Shown here: piece after piece, positions 28,265-37,008 of the stretch
Position numbering within the stretch: the stretch's first letter is position 1
Layout: each line of letters begins with the position of its first letter
Assembly: GCA_964650185.1 (NCBI GenBank)
Contig: CAZYRN010000006.1
Location: forward strand, 168-64,167
Origin: an uncultured Pseudomonadales bacterium
Lineage (GTDB): Bacteria > Patescibacteriota > Microgenomatia > UBA1400 > PJMF01
Length of the DNA stretch: 64,000 bases
Reading direction: 5' to 3'
Position numbers and translations under genes: made by a program
The notes under the pieces: generated by a model
Seen by the model: the letters and a program-made list of their open reading frames with translations, nothing else
Told to the model about the DNA's origin: nothing
Databases searched by the model: none

Positions 28265-28777
28265 ATGTTTAATTTTGTAATGTCCAAACTTCAGCTTCCT
28301 ATTCTAATGTCTTTTCAAAGGCACTCGCCTGAGCTAGTTACATCAAAGCTTTATGACGAACTTACGTTTTACAAGCAATTTATAAAGGACCTGAAAGCTA
28401 GCAAACAGGAAGTGATCGTGGAAAGCCAGTTTATCAGCTCGACTCGAATGTATTCTTTGGCACCTTTGTTTCGTAACCTAGTGTCTAGAAAAGTTAAGTG
28501 TTATGTGATTACCCGAGATCCGGATGATCACGACATCACCATGAAGCAACAAGCCGAGAAAGAGATCCGCAAGTTTCAGACGATTGGTGTTCAGGTGATC
28601 TTGACTAACGAATACAGTCACCGGAAGCTGGCTATCATTGACCGCAAGGTCTTATGGGAAGGCAGCCTAAATATTTTGTCTCAGACTTGCAGTCAAGAAA
28701 TCATGCGCCGGATAGAAAGCAAAGAACAAGCACAAAAATGCTTTGATTTTGTGAGATTTGGAAAGTTTATTTACTAA
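28265..28777 (+). CDS. Small PLD-family (HKD) nuclease-like protein
   Basis: SHRKLAIIDRKVLWEGSLNILSQ is a single HxK(x)4D(x)6GSxN HKD motif, as in Nuc/BfiI-type nucleases. AGGAGG RBS. First gene of the AT-rich island. Confidence 0.55.
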   Translation: MFNFVMSKLQLPILMSFQRHSPELVTSKLYDELTFYKQFIKDLKASKQEVIVESQFISSTRMYSLAPLFRNLVSRKVKCYVITRDPDDHDITMKQQAEKEIRKFQTIGVQVILTNEYSHRKLAIIDRKVLWEGSLNILSQTCSQEIMRRIESKEQAQKCFDFVRFGKFIY

Positions 28778-28805
28778 AGGGGTAGTTTAGCTAAAAAATA
28801 AGGAT

Positions 28806-29015
28806 ATGGCTGGATATCAGATTAACGAAAAAGATATTGAGAGCGTGATTCGTTTTCTTAAAGTAACGGATCCGGAGAATGCTACTCCTGAGATGGCAAT
28901 AGAGCTATTGGAGCATCTTAAGGCTAGTTTCCATACCATGGCACACGAAGATCCAGAAAAACTGGAAGAAATCTATAAAGAGTTGAAAAAACAGAAAGAA
29001 TTAAAGACTAACTAG
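28806..29015 (+). CDS. Hypothetical small protein
   Basis: 69-aa acidic helical ORF with RBS-like AAGGAT upstream. Confidence 0.3.
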   Translation: MAGYQINEKDIESVIRFLKVTDPENATPEMAIELLEHLKASFHTMAHEDPEKLEEIYKELKKQKELKTN

Positions 29016-29254
29016 TACGGCAAGATATCAGAAGATTCTAGATCAAGAGCTTTGACTAGTTTTAGCAGTGTAATTACAGACAAACTAGCTTCCCCACGCT
29101 CAACCTTGGCATAGTAGTTTCCATTGATGCCTGCTTTTTTGGCTACATCTAGCTGAGTTAGATCTTTTTCTAACCGCGCAGCCTTTAGTTTGTCACCAAT
29201 GGCATTTAATATTTTTGTGTCTTTTTGCCTTTTCATCTTGGTATAGTATATCAC
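29012..29254 (-). CDS. XRE-family HTH regulator
   Basis: LTQLDVAKKAGINGNYYAKVERGEASLSVITLLKLVKAL is a Cro/C1 HTH. Divergent from the recombinase-proximal genes. Confidence 0.6.
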   Translation of the reverse strand: MIYYTKMKRQKDTKILNAIGDKLKAARLEKDLTQLDVAKKAGINGNYYAKVERGEASLSVITLLKLVKALDLESSDILPY

Positions 29255-29280
29255 TCGAGTGTATTATCCTTCTAATAGGA

Positions 29281-29529
29281 ATGAATAAATCTTCAAAAAC
29301 ACATACATCAGAAAGCACTTTTGATCTTGATTCAATAGATCGTTCCGAAAAACTTCAAAAGGCAAGGGAGATATTAGGTGAGTTGGCTAATGAGTATTCA
29401 GACGATGAACTATGGAAAATTGTAACTGAAATTCAATTCCTGACAGATTGTTGGCTGGATGAGTTTGAACGGGAAATTTTTGATGGAAAGACATTGACGG
29501 AACTACTGACCGAGGAGGTAGAATTTTAA
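29281..29529 (+). CDS. Hypothetical small acidic protein
   Basis: 82 aa. Directly precedes the recombinase with a 2-nt gap. Confidence 0.3.
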   Translation: MNKSSKTHTSESTFDLDSIDRSEKLQKAREILGELANEYSDDELWKIVTEIQFLTDCWLDEFEREIFDGKTLTELLTEEVEF

Positions 29530-29531
29530 AA

Positions 29532-30986
29532 ATGAAAAAAGCAATAGCTTACCTTCGGGTATCAACAGAAGAACAAGTTGATAATTTTTCTTTAGAAACG
29601 CAAGAAGAGATTTGCCGAAAAGAAGCTGAAAAACGCGATCTTAATTTAGTGAAGGTTTTTAGAGAAGAAGGTAAGTCTGCTAAAGACATCTCCGGCAGAC
29701 CAACCCTGCTTCAATTACTTGAATACTGTAGAAAGAATAAAACTATGATAGATGCCGTTATTGTCTACCGACTTGATAGGTTATCAAGACAAACTGCGGA
29801 TTACTTAGCAATACGAAAGAAACTGTCTGATTACAACATTACTTTATATTCTGCTACTGAACCTACCGGGGATAGTCCAACAGAAAAACTGGTGGAGACG
29901 ATCCTCGCCGGATTTGCTCAACTGGATAATGATATCCGGGCAGAACGAGCAAGAAATGGAATGAAAGCACGATTTCTAGCAGGCTACACCAACCAAAGAC
30001 CGCCATTAGGATATCTGATGGTAGATAAGGTAGTCGTAAAAGACCCAGATGCTTGGGATTTGGTGAAAGCTTCCTGGTATTTAATGGCAACCGGAACTAA
30101 AAGCCTCCGGGATATAGCAGACTACATGAATGGGTTGGGGTTGAGGTATAACGTGCGATCGAAAAACTACAAGATAAGGCCTCAAGCAGCCAACAGGATT
30201 TTCAGGCACAAATTTTATGCTGGCATACTAGCGTCAAAGACCTACGAGCTTGAAGTCAAAGGCAAACATCCTCCAATGATAACAATGGCTCAGTTTAATT
30301 TGGTCCAGGATATTTTGGATGGAAGAAGGACTAAACAACTACCGAAGATAAAAAGAATCAGAGACAACCCAGACTTTCCGTTAAGAAGGATCGTTAAATG
30401 CGGAAAGTGTGGTACTGGCTTAACCGGATCGTGGAGCACTGGAAGACGATCAAAATTCGCCTATTATCGCTGTGGCAAACCATGCAATCATAAATCTATC
30501 CGCAGACAAGATGTTCATGATGAGTTTATAAAAGCTTTAGGAGGTATAAAACCAAAACCTCAAACTGCTGAACTATTCGAGTTTCTAATGACACAAAGCT
30601 TTGAGAAAAGAAGACAAAAATTGCTAGAAAGAAAAAGAACAATAGATTTAGAAATTGAAAAAGCTAAGTCAGATAAGAAAAAGATTATCAAAAAACATTT
30701 AGAGGGGGTTTATTCGGATGAAATATATGAGGAGCAAATGGAAATAGTAGAGTTGAAGTTGCAAAAATTAGCAACACTCAATAATAATGAGTTATTAAGA
30801 GTCTATAAGCAGACAAAATTTAGCAAAATGTTAAACAGAAAATTACATTTACTTGACGAACTACTTACTAAACTAAGTTCAAGTCAGTTGAGAGCTTTAA
30901 TAAATTTAGTGTTCGATGGGAATTTAAATTGGAGTAGCAGAAATTTACTTGAATTTAAACCTAGAGGGATCTGGCAGCTAAATTAA
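29532..30986 (+). CDS. Large serine recombinase (resolvase/invertase N-domain, recombinase domain, zinc ribbon and coiled coil)
   Basis: AIAYLRVSTEEQ catalytic Ser motif. VYRLDRLSR. Recombinase domain. KCGKCGTGL...YYRCGKPC zinc ribbon. Coiled-coil C-terminus. Confidence 0.85.
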   Translation: MKKAIAYLRVSTEEQVDNFSLETQEEICRKEAEKRDLNLVKVFREEGKSAKDISGRPTLLQLLEYCRKNKTMIDAVIVYRLDRLSRQTADYLAIRKKLSDYNITLYSATEPTGDSPTEKLVETILAGFAQLDNDIRAERARNGMKARFLAGYTNQRPPLGYLMVDKVVVKDPDAWDLVKASWYLMATGTKSLRDIADYMNGLGLRYNVRSKNYKIRPQAANRIFRHKFYAGILASKTYELEVKGKHPPMITMAQFNLVQDILDGRRTKQLPKIKRIRDNPDFPLRRIVKCGKCGTGLTGSWSTGRRSKFAYYRCGKPCNHKSIRRQDVHDEFIKALGGIKPKPQTAELFEFLMTQSFEKRRQKLLERKRTIDLEIEKAKSDKKKIIKKHLEGVYSDEIYEEQMEIVELKLQKLATLNNNELLRVYKQTKFSKMLNRKLHLLDELLTKLSSSQLRALINLVFDGNLNWSSRNLLEFKPRGIWQLN

Positions 30987-31845
30987 AGTTTTGGATGACT
31001 GCGAGTATATCCTTTTTATTTTTTATAGTGGTAATTTCTCTTCCTGTTGTGCTCGAGAAGCTAGTAAGAGTCTTCAAGTTAATATGACACAAAGCAATAA
31101 CTTTCCATTTTGCAAAGCTTAATAATTTCTTATCCTTTATGAATATTTCCAATCGAATAAACAAAGCTTCATACGCCATTACAAGTGCAAATAGATAAAT
31201 AAATGGCAAGTACATTACTGTCAATACCGAAGGAATAACTAAAGTTAGTAAGTTATGTGCGGATAATGCTTCCGTAAGACTTCCTATAGCAGTAAGGATG
31301 GAGTAAGACAAAATAAATATCCCATATCCAGCAATTAGGACTTTAAGTGGTCTTCTAACAATCATATATTCATCTCTACTATCCGCTAAAGCACTCATCG
31401 CTATCACTAGAAACAGGAATGGCATGAGAACAAACTCAATAGCAAATGAAAATGAATATAGACCAGTTAAAAACTCTACTAATATGGTAATAGCAAATGT
31501 CTCCAATAAAATTTTTTTAAATAATGAAGGGTCTTGGCTTGCTTTGTTTGTGTTGAGAAATAGAACCGTAGCGGTTCCAAAAAACCAAAAAATAGTATCT
31601 TTAAGTAAAAATATATCCCAAATACCTGCCTGCCTTAGTACTAATACCGATAATACTGAGTAAGCAAGCATGGCTAAAAAAGGAATAAGTATTTTCGGGT
31701 TAAAAAATGTATTTGCTACATTAAATAAACTTGTGCGTGTTTTACTGTTAATTAGAATGAAGATTATTAATATGACAACCCATGCTGCTAATGCTTTCTC
31801 TCGACCATTCATGGCATTTATTATTTCTAGTGCTGCCCTTTTCAT
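30961..31845 (-). CDS. Polytopic (about 8 TM) membrane protein of unknown family, translationally coupled to the upstream 793-aa gene
   Basis: 294 aa, highly hydrophobic. Its start overlaps the stop of 31842..34223 by 4 nt (ATGA). Confidence 0.5.
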   Translation of the reverse strand: MKRAALEIINAMNGREKALAAWVVILIIFILINSKTRTSLFNVANTFFNPKILIPFLAMLAYSVLSVLVLRQAGIWDIFLLKDTIFWFFGTATVLFLNTNKASQDPSLFKKILLETFAITILVEFLTGLYSFSFAIEFVLMPFLFLVIAMSALADSRDEYMIVRRPLKVLIAGYGIFILSYSILTAIGSLTEALSAHNLLTLVIPSVLTVMYLPFIYLFALVMAYEALFIRLEIFIKDKKLLSFAKWKVIALCHINLKTLTSFSSTTGREITTIKNKKDILAVIQNFNLAARSL

Positions 31846-34223
31846 TTCTTTGGATTAGCCCCTTTAGTTTTCTTCCTGTTCTGATTTCTTTTTCGTTCGA
31901 ACTCTTCATGCCAAACTGTATCCCACCTTTTTATACCCAAATATTTTTGCTGAGTGGCCATAGCCAGTCCGTAAATTCCATAACTGTCTCTGTAAATTTT
32001 TTGTTCTTTTTCATTCCAACAATATGGAGGTGAGTGTAATGAAAATAACTCGTTTGCTGTTAAAATTAGAACTGGATTTACTGGTCTTTCTAACTTCCAA
32101 TGCTTATTTCCTACTCTCGTAATTTTCTTAATTTCTTGTATTTCAAACGGGGTGAGTTCTTCTCTTAAAGTTGAGAATACTAAAACTGCTCCGGGGAAGC
32201 TTTTTGCAATAGACTTCATACGGTTAAAATCTTTCTTTTTGAATTCGTTAAATGTTTTTGCCTCACCAAAAGCAACCCCATCTGCTATCTCTCCGAAGAC
32301 GGACTCGCGCCATAAGAAAGCAAAATCTGCTTCTAAATTCTTGCCAGTGCTTGTTTTAGTTGCATTAAACGAGTACACAGGAGTGGTTTGTATTGAGCTC
32401 ATCCTTCTTTCAGAAAAAAACTCAACAGAAAGCACTACACTGATAGCTCCTTCAGCGTAATTTGGGACACTAACTGGGCCGACAGTTTTATAAGACCAAT
32501 TACTTTCACTGAGGCTATCAATAGCATGAAAATCTTGCAAGCATTTAGTGCAATTTAATAAATTATGTAGATCTTCTAGATCGTACCAAGAATTTCTTTG
32601 GCAGTTAGGGCATTTAGCACTTACACCAAGAGAAAATAAGTTTAGCTCGATAAATTTTTCTAGTCTTTTTTCATCCCCAAATATTTCCTTCATTCGGCTC
32701 TTAATAAATGCTACAGTTTTGTCTCTACCTTCACCGTCTATGCTTACGGCCATTTCACCAATCAACTCAATAAGTTCTTTATTGGCTAACCCGTATGCCC
32801 AACCTTCTATCTGCTTATTCAATTCTTTAGCTAACTTTCCCGAGCTAGATAAACGAAAGTTCCAGCCATTATCCTTTAACCAAGCAGAAAAAACATTCTC
32901 TGCAAGGGGTAATTCCCAAGATATAGCTCTAGAAGAGTCAACTAGTCTTACCAATCCATTTTTTCCAATTCGCCAATCCTTAAATGTTCCAATACTACTA
33001 AGTGTTCTTTCTAAGCTTTCACCGTAAACTTTAGGAAATACTTCAGCGTATTTTTCAAGATCACCATATATGTTATAACTCACTTCATTAGATACAATGG
33101 GACTTCCAGTATATGAGGCTTTAATATGCTCTGGCATGCTTGCTGGTAAAAGTATCCTGTCATTTGCCTGTGTGAGATCAACTTCTTTTTCCGATTCGAA
33201 ATACACATCATGTGGGTCGACATGATCCTTACCCCGTGCCCACTCATCCCATATCCGAGGATATCCCTGGTGCAACAAGATAGGATTTGTTCCATCATCG
33301 TCTTTTTCCAAGTCTAGAGATGTGACAAAATCTCTTGCATCTTCCATTTTTTGACTAGTTGCGGGAATAATGTTTGCTCTGTACTTTATTGCAGGATTGT
33401 ATCTATTTGTCCAAAAACTTGCTTTAATAAAATCTTCAACTATCCCTTTAAAAAAATCATTATTAGTCATTGTTGTAGGAGCAGGTAGGACCGATCTTCC
33501 TGTAGCTCTAAGATTCCAATAATCCACTACATCTAGGAAGTCAGAAGGATCCAAATAAAATAATATATTTTCATTAGAAAACCCTCCTCTACTAATAGTG
33601 TCTAATTCATGCTGCATAATTCTTCTGGGAAAAAGTGTTCTGGGTTTTAGTATTTTCTTTAATGCTCTTGCCTTGGGCGTGGAAATATCTAAAGCTTCTT
33701 TATAGCCTGATTTCATTAAATCGTTGTAATACTTATCGGGCAATTTACCGAACCAACTTGCCCAAAATTCAGGATTTCTTGCTGGTATTTTTGGGAAGAC
33801 TACATTTATAGGATCTTTTTGGACAAATCTAAAGTATTCATGGTAGATCCAACTTAAGATATCGATAAACCCTATACCAAAAGAAAATGTATTTGGATTT
33901 TCTTTTGTAGGTAGAATCTTGTTTGACTTAACAACTCTTAATCCTAAATTCTTTATATAATCGGGCGGATCAAAGTCACAAACCAATATATCCGGGTCAT
34001 AAGCTTGAATATAACCAAGATTTATATCTCTCGCTGTTTTTCTAAAAGCATCTTTTCTCCATCTTTTAGTCTTTATTTGGTAAAGTGGAATTATAGGATT
34101 ATAAGGACCACCCCAAAGCACCGAATTTAGTTCAATAGCTTTTAGTAGTGCTTTCTTATCATTTGGTTTTATAAGAAAGGCAAACTTCAAAGGTCTACCT
34201 TTTACTTTTATATTGCCGATCAT
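31842..34223 (-). CDS. Large protein of unknown family with CxxC...CxxC zinc ribbon and C-terminal PD-(D/E)xK-like nuclease signature
   Basis: 793 aa. CPNCQRNSWYDLEDLHNLLNCTKC. ADFAFLW...IADGVAFGEAKTF parallels the hsdR nuclease core in this same window (VDYVLWG...LGLVEAKR). No P-loop. Confidence 0.55.
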   Translation of the reverse strand: MIGNIKVKGRPLKFAFLIKPNDKKALLKAIELNSVLWGGPYNPIIPLYQIKTKRWRKDAFRKTARDINLGYIQAYDPDILVCDFDPPDYIKNLGLRVVKSNKILPTKENPNTFSFGIGFIDILSWIYHEYFRFVQKDPINVVFPKIPARNPEFWASWFGKLPDKYYNDLMKSGYKEALDISTPKARALKKILKPRTLFPRRIMQHELDTISRGGFSNENILFYLDPSDFLDVVDYWNLRATGRSVLPAPTTMTNNDFFKGIVEDFIKASFWTNRYNPAIKYRANIIPATSQKMEDARDFVTSLDLEKDDDGTNPILLHQGYPRIWDEWARGKDHVDPHDVYFESEKEVDLTQANDRILLPASMPEHIKASYTGSPIVSNEVSYNIYGDLEKYAEVFPKVYGESLERTLSSIGTFKDWRIGKNGLVRLVDSSRAISWELPLAENVFSAWLKDNGWNFRLSSSGKLAKELNKQIEGWAYGLANKELIELIGEMAVSIDGEGRDKTVAFIKSRMKEIFGDEKRLEKFIELNLFSLGVSAKCPNCQRNSWYDLEDLHNLLNCTKCLQDFHAIDSLSESNWSYKTVGPVSVPNYAEGAISVVLSVEFFSERRMSSIQTTPVYSFNATKTSTGKNLEADFAFLWRESVFGEIADGVAFGEAKTFNEFKKKDFNRMKSIAKSFPGAVLVFSTLREELTPFEIQEIKKITRVGNKHWKLERPVNPVLILTANELFSLHSPPYCWNEKEQKIYRDSYGIYGLAMATQQKYLGIKRWDTVWHEEFERKRNQNRKKTKGANPKK

Positions 34224-34430
34224 GTTTTTGCTATATAAAAAAAGCCCAATTAAGGGCAGGCTTTCAAAAATTTATATTTTCCTTTCCCTGTCATTATACT
34301 TTATTTTCCCTTACTCCTTAAATCTTTCCCTGAGGTCTTTAACCTGACTTTAACCGCTTCAGATGTTAAAATTATGACTATAGAGATAGTAGTGTACTGC
34401 GTTGTATGAATTTCAATTAAAGGAAATAAT

Positions 34431-35903
34431 ATGCTTACTGGAAAACTTAGATCAGAAATAGATAAAGTATGGGATGCCTTTTGGACAGGTGGGATTTCTA
34501 ATCCTCTGACGGTTATCGAGCAAATCACCTACCTTCTATTTATCAAACGGCTGGACGAAATTCACACGCTCCGCGAAAACAAAGCAAATGCTCAAAAAAC
34601 TGAAATTGAAAAACCTATATTTTCCGATGATCAACAACATTTAAGATGGTCTCATTTTAAAGATCTTGAGCCTAAAGAAATGTACAAAGTGGTATCTGAA
34701 GAAGTATTCCCATTCATAAAGGACCTTAACGGCAAAACTGAAGATGCCTACACACAATACATGAAGGATGCGACCTTCATGATTCCTACTCCAAATCTGC
34801 TGGATAAAGTAGTTAACATGCTTAACGAAATTAAGATGCATGATAGGGATACAAAAGGTGATGTTTATGAATACCTACTTTCAAAAATTGCCACAGCAGG
34901 TAGAAACGGTCAGTTTAGAACCCCGCGACACATTATCAGAATGATGGTTGAACTGGTTGAGCCAAAGCAAACTGATAAAATTGCTGATCCAGCGTGTGGA
35001 ACTGGGGGCTTTTTGGTATCTACCAGCGAGTATGTCCGAGAAAACTATCCGGAAATGTTTACGGATGAGAAACTTCGCGATCATTTTAACAACACGATGT
35101 TTTATGGCAACGATTTTGATCGAACAATGATCCGCATTGCCGTAATGAATCTTGTGCTTCATGGTATTGAAAATCCTAATGTAACCGACAAAGATGCGCT
35201 ATCCCAAAGCCAAGCTTTGGAAAGAAATAAGTTTGAGGTAATTCTAGCTAATCCCCCGTTTAAAGGATCTCTGGACTACGAAGTTGTGGCTAATGATCTT
35301 TTGCAAACAGTGCGTACGAAGAAAACTGAACTGTTATTTATTGCACTTTTTATCCATCAATTAAAGACCGGAGGTAGAGCAGCAGTTATTGTGCCGGATG
35401 GGGTTTTGTTTGGTAGCTCACAAGCACATAAAGCCATTCGCAAGCTGCTGATAGATGAACATCAACTTCAAGGAGTTATCTCTATGCCATCCGGTGTATT
35501 CAAACCCTATGCCGGAGTCTCTACTGCTGTATTACTGTTTACCAAAACTAACTCCGGAGGAACAGACAAGGTTTGGTTTTATGATATGAAGGCGGATGGA
35601 TATTCACTAGACGACAAACGCCAACCTCTCGATCTTGAAAAACACGAAGACAATAATATTCCCGATATAATCAAGCGTTATCACAATCTCAAGGAGGAAG
35701 AAGATAGAGAAAGAACGGATCAATCATTCTTGGTACCAGTCAAAGAAATCCGCGACAATGATTACGATCTATCAGTCAACCGATATAAAGAAATTGAGTA
35801 TGAGGAAGTGGAATATGAGGAGCCGGAAAAAATCATTGAAGATTTAGAAAAATTGGAAGTGGAAATTCAGGAAGGGCTAAAAAAGCTAAAGTCAAAAATA
35901 TGA
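34431..35903 (+). CDS. hsdM: Type I restriction-modification system methyltransferase subunit
   Basis: HsdM N-domain. Motif I DPACGTGGFL. Motif IV NPPFKG. ISMPSGVFKPYAGVSTAVLLF. Confidence 0.9.
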   Translation: MLTGKLRSEIDKVWDAFWTGGISNPLTVIEQITYLLFIKRLDEIHTLRENKANAQKTEIEKPIFSDDQQHLRWSHFKDLEPKEMYKVVSEEVFPFIKDLNGKTEDAYTQYMKDATFMIPTPNLLDKVVNMLNEIKMHDRDTKGDVYEYLLSKIATAGRNGQFRTPRHIIRMMVELVEPKQTDKIADPACGTGGFLVSTSEYVRENYPEMFTDEKLRDHFNNTMFYGNDFDRTMIRIAVMNLVLHGIENPNVTDKDALSQSQALERNKFEVILANPPFKGSLDYEVVANDLLQTVRTKKTELLFIALFIHQLKTGGRAAVIVPDGVLFGSSQAHKAIRKLLIDEHQLQGVISMPSGVFKPYAGVSTAVLLFTKTNSGGTDKVWFYDMKADGYSLDDKRQPLDLEKHEDNNIPDIIKRYHNLKEEEDRERTDQSFLVPVKEIRDNDYDLSVNRYKEIEYEEVEYEEPEKIIEDLEKLEVEIQEGLKKLKSKI

Positions 35904-37000
35904 AATACATAGATTTGTTCGAAATTTGTCGACCCAAGCAGTGGAAGACAATATCTCAAAAAAATTTAAATACTGAAGGGTACCCTGTTTATGGGGCTAA
36001 TGGAATTATTGGCTATTATAAAGAATACAACCATGTGGAGCCCACAGTCATGATTACTTGTAGAGGGGCAACATGTGGAACAGTAAATATTAGCGATCCA
36101 AAGTCTTACATCACTGGTAATGCAATGTGTTTAGATGATTTATCTAGTGAGTTTGATAAAAAGTATCTTTTTTATTTCCTAACTAAAAGAGGTTTTGATG
36201 ATGTAATTTCTGGATCTGCACAACCACAAATCACCAGAACTGGTTTGAAAAAAGTCAAAGTGCCGTTTGTCCCTTTCAAAATCCAGCAGCAGATTGTGGA
36301 GATTTTGGACGAAGCCGATGCTGTGCGTAAAAAAAGGGAAAAAACTATTGAGAAATTGTCAGAACTAAAAAATGCAATTTACTACGAAATGTTTGGTGAT
36401 CCAATTAAAAACTCAAAAAATATTAAGACCAGGTTAATCAGGGATATAGCTACCGTTGTAAGAGGTAGCTCGCCTCGTCCTAAAGGAGACCCTGCATATT
36501 ACAATGGCCCAGTTCCTCGACTAATGGTAGAAGATTTAACAAGAGACGGGTTATATGTTCATGCTGAGGTCGACTCGTTGACTAAAGAAGGCGCAAAAAA
36601 GAGTAGGCCAATGAAAAAAAATGAAGTTGTAATAGTAGTAAGTGGGAATGTGGGAATAACAGCAATACTACAAGAAGACTGCTGCATACACGACGGTTTT
36701 GTGGGTTTACGTGACTTAAACCATAATGTTCTACCTGAATACCTTGCCATCACACTAAATAATATGACGGAAACTCACGAAAAGAGAAAAGCCGGGGCAA
36801 TCTTTAAAAACCTTACAACTACACAAATAAAAAATATGGAAGTACCTCTACCTTCACTTGAGGCGCAAGGGAAATTTACTGAACGTCTGAATATTGTTAA
36901 AGATACAAGTGACAACATCATAAATTCACAAGAGAGAATGTCGGACTTATTTAATCAGTTACTCAAAAAGTCGTTTAAAGGCGAGTTTAAGTTTAGCTAA
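35900..37000 (+). CDS. hsdS: Type I R-M specificity subunit
   Basis: Two TRD-like halves separated and followed by conserved helical repeats (VPFVPFKIQQQIVEILD and VPLPSLEAQGKF). ATGA overlap with hsdM. Confidence 0.8.
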   Translation: MKYIDLFEICRPKQWKTISQKNLNTEGYPVYGANGIIGYYKEYNHVEPTVMITCRGATCGTVNISDPKSYITGNAMCLDDLSSEFDKKYLFYFLTKRGFDDVISGSAQPQITRTGLKKVKVPFVPFKIQQQIVEILDEADAVRKKREKTIEKLSELKNAIYYEMFGDPIKNSKNIKTRLIRDIATVVRGSSPRPKGDPAYYNGPVPRLMVEDLTRDGLYVHAEVDSLTKEGAKKSRPMKKNEVVIVVSGNVGITAILQEDCCIHDGFVGLRDLNHNVLPEYLAITLNNMTETHEKRKAGAIFKNLTTTQIKNMEVPLPSLEAQGKFTERLNIVKDTSDNIINSQERMSDLFNQLLKKSFKGEFKFS

Positions 37001-37008
37001 ATAACATT

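Noticed and set aside
28021-28272. 83-aa ORF at the left edge of the island
   Set aside because: No RBS, odd composition, and it overlaps the better-supported PLD-nuclease start. It is more likely non-coding junction sequence.
31842-34223. VAFGEAKT in the 793-aa protein as a Walker A P-loop
   Set aside because: The spacing G-x3-G-x2-K-T does not fit GxxxxGK[ST]. In context (hydrophobic beta-strand D...hhhGEAK) it fits a PD-(D/E)xK nuclease motif better.
34236-34262. Hairpin + T7 just upstream of the 793-aa gene as a functional terminator
   Set aside because: The stem is only 4-5 bp. Nothing obvious is transcribed toward it on that strand, since the region lies between divergent genes. It is noted in the module finding but not called as a feature.
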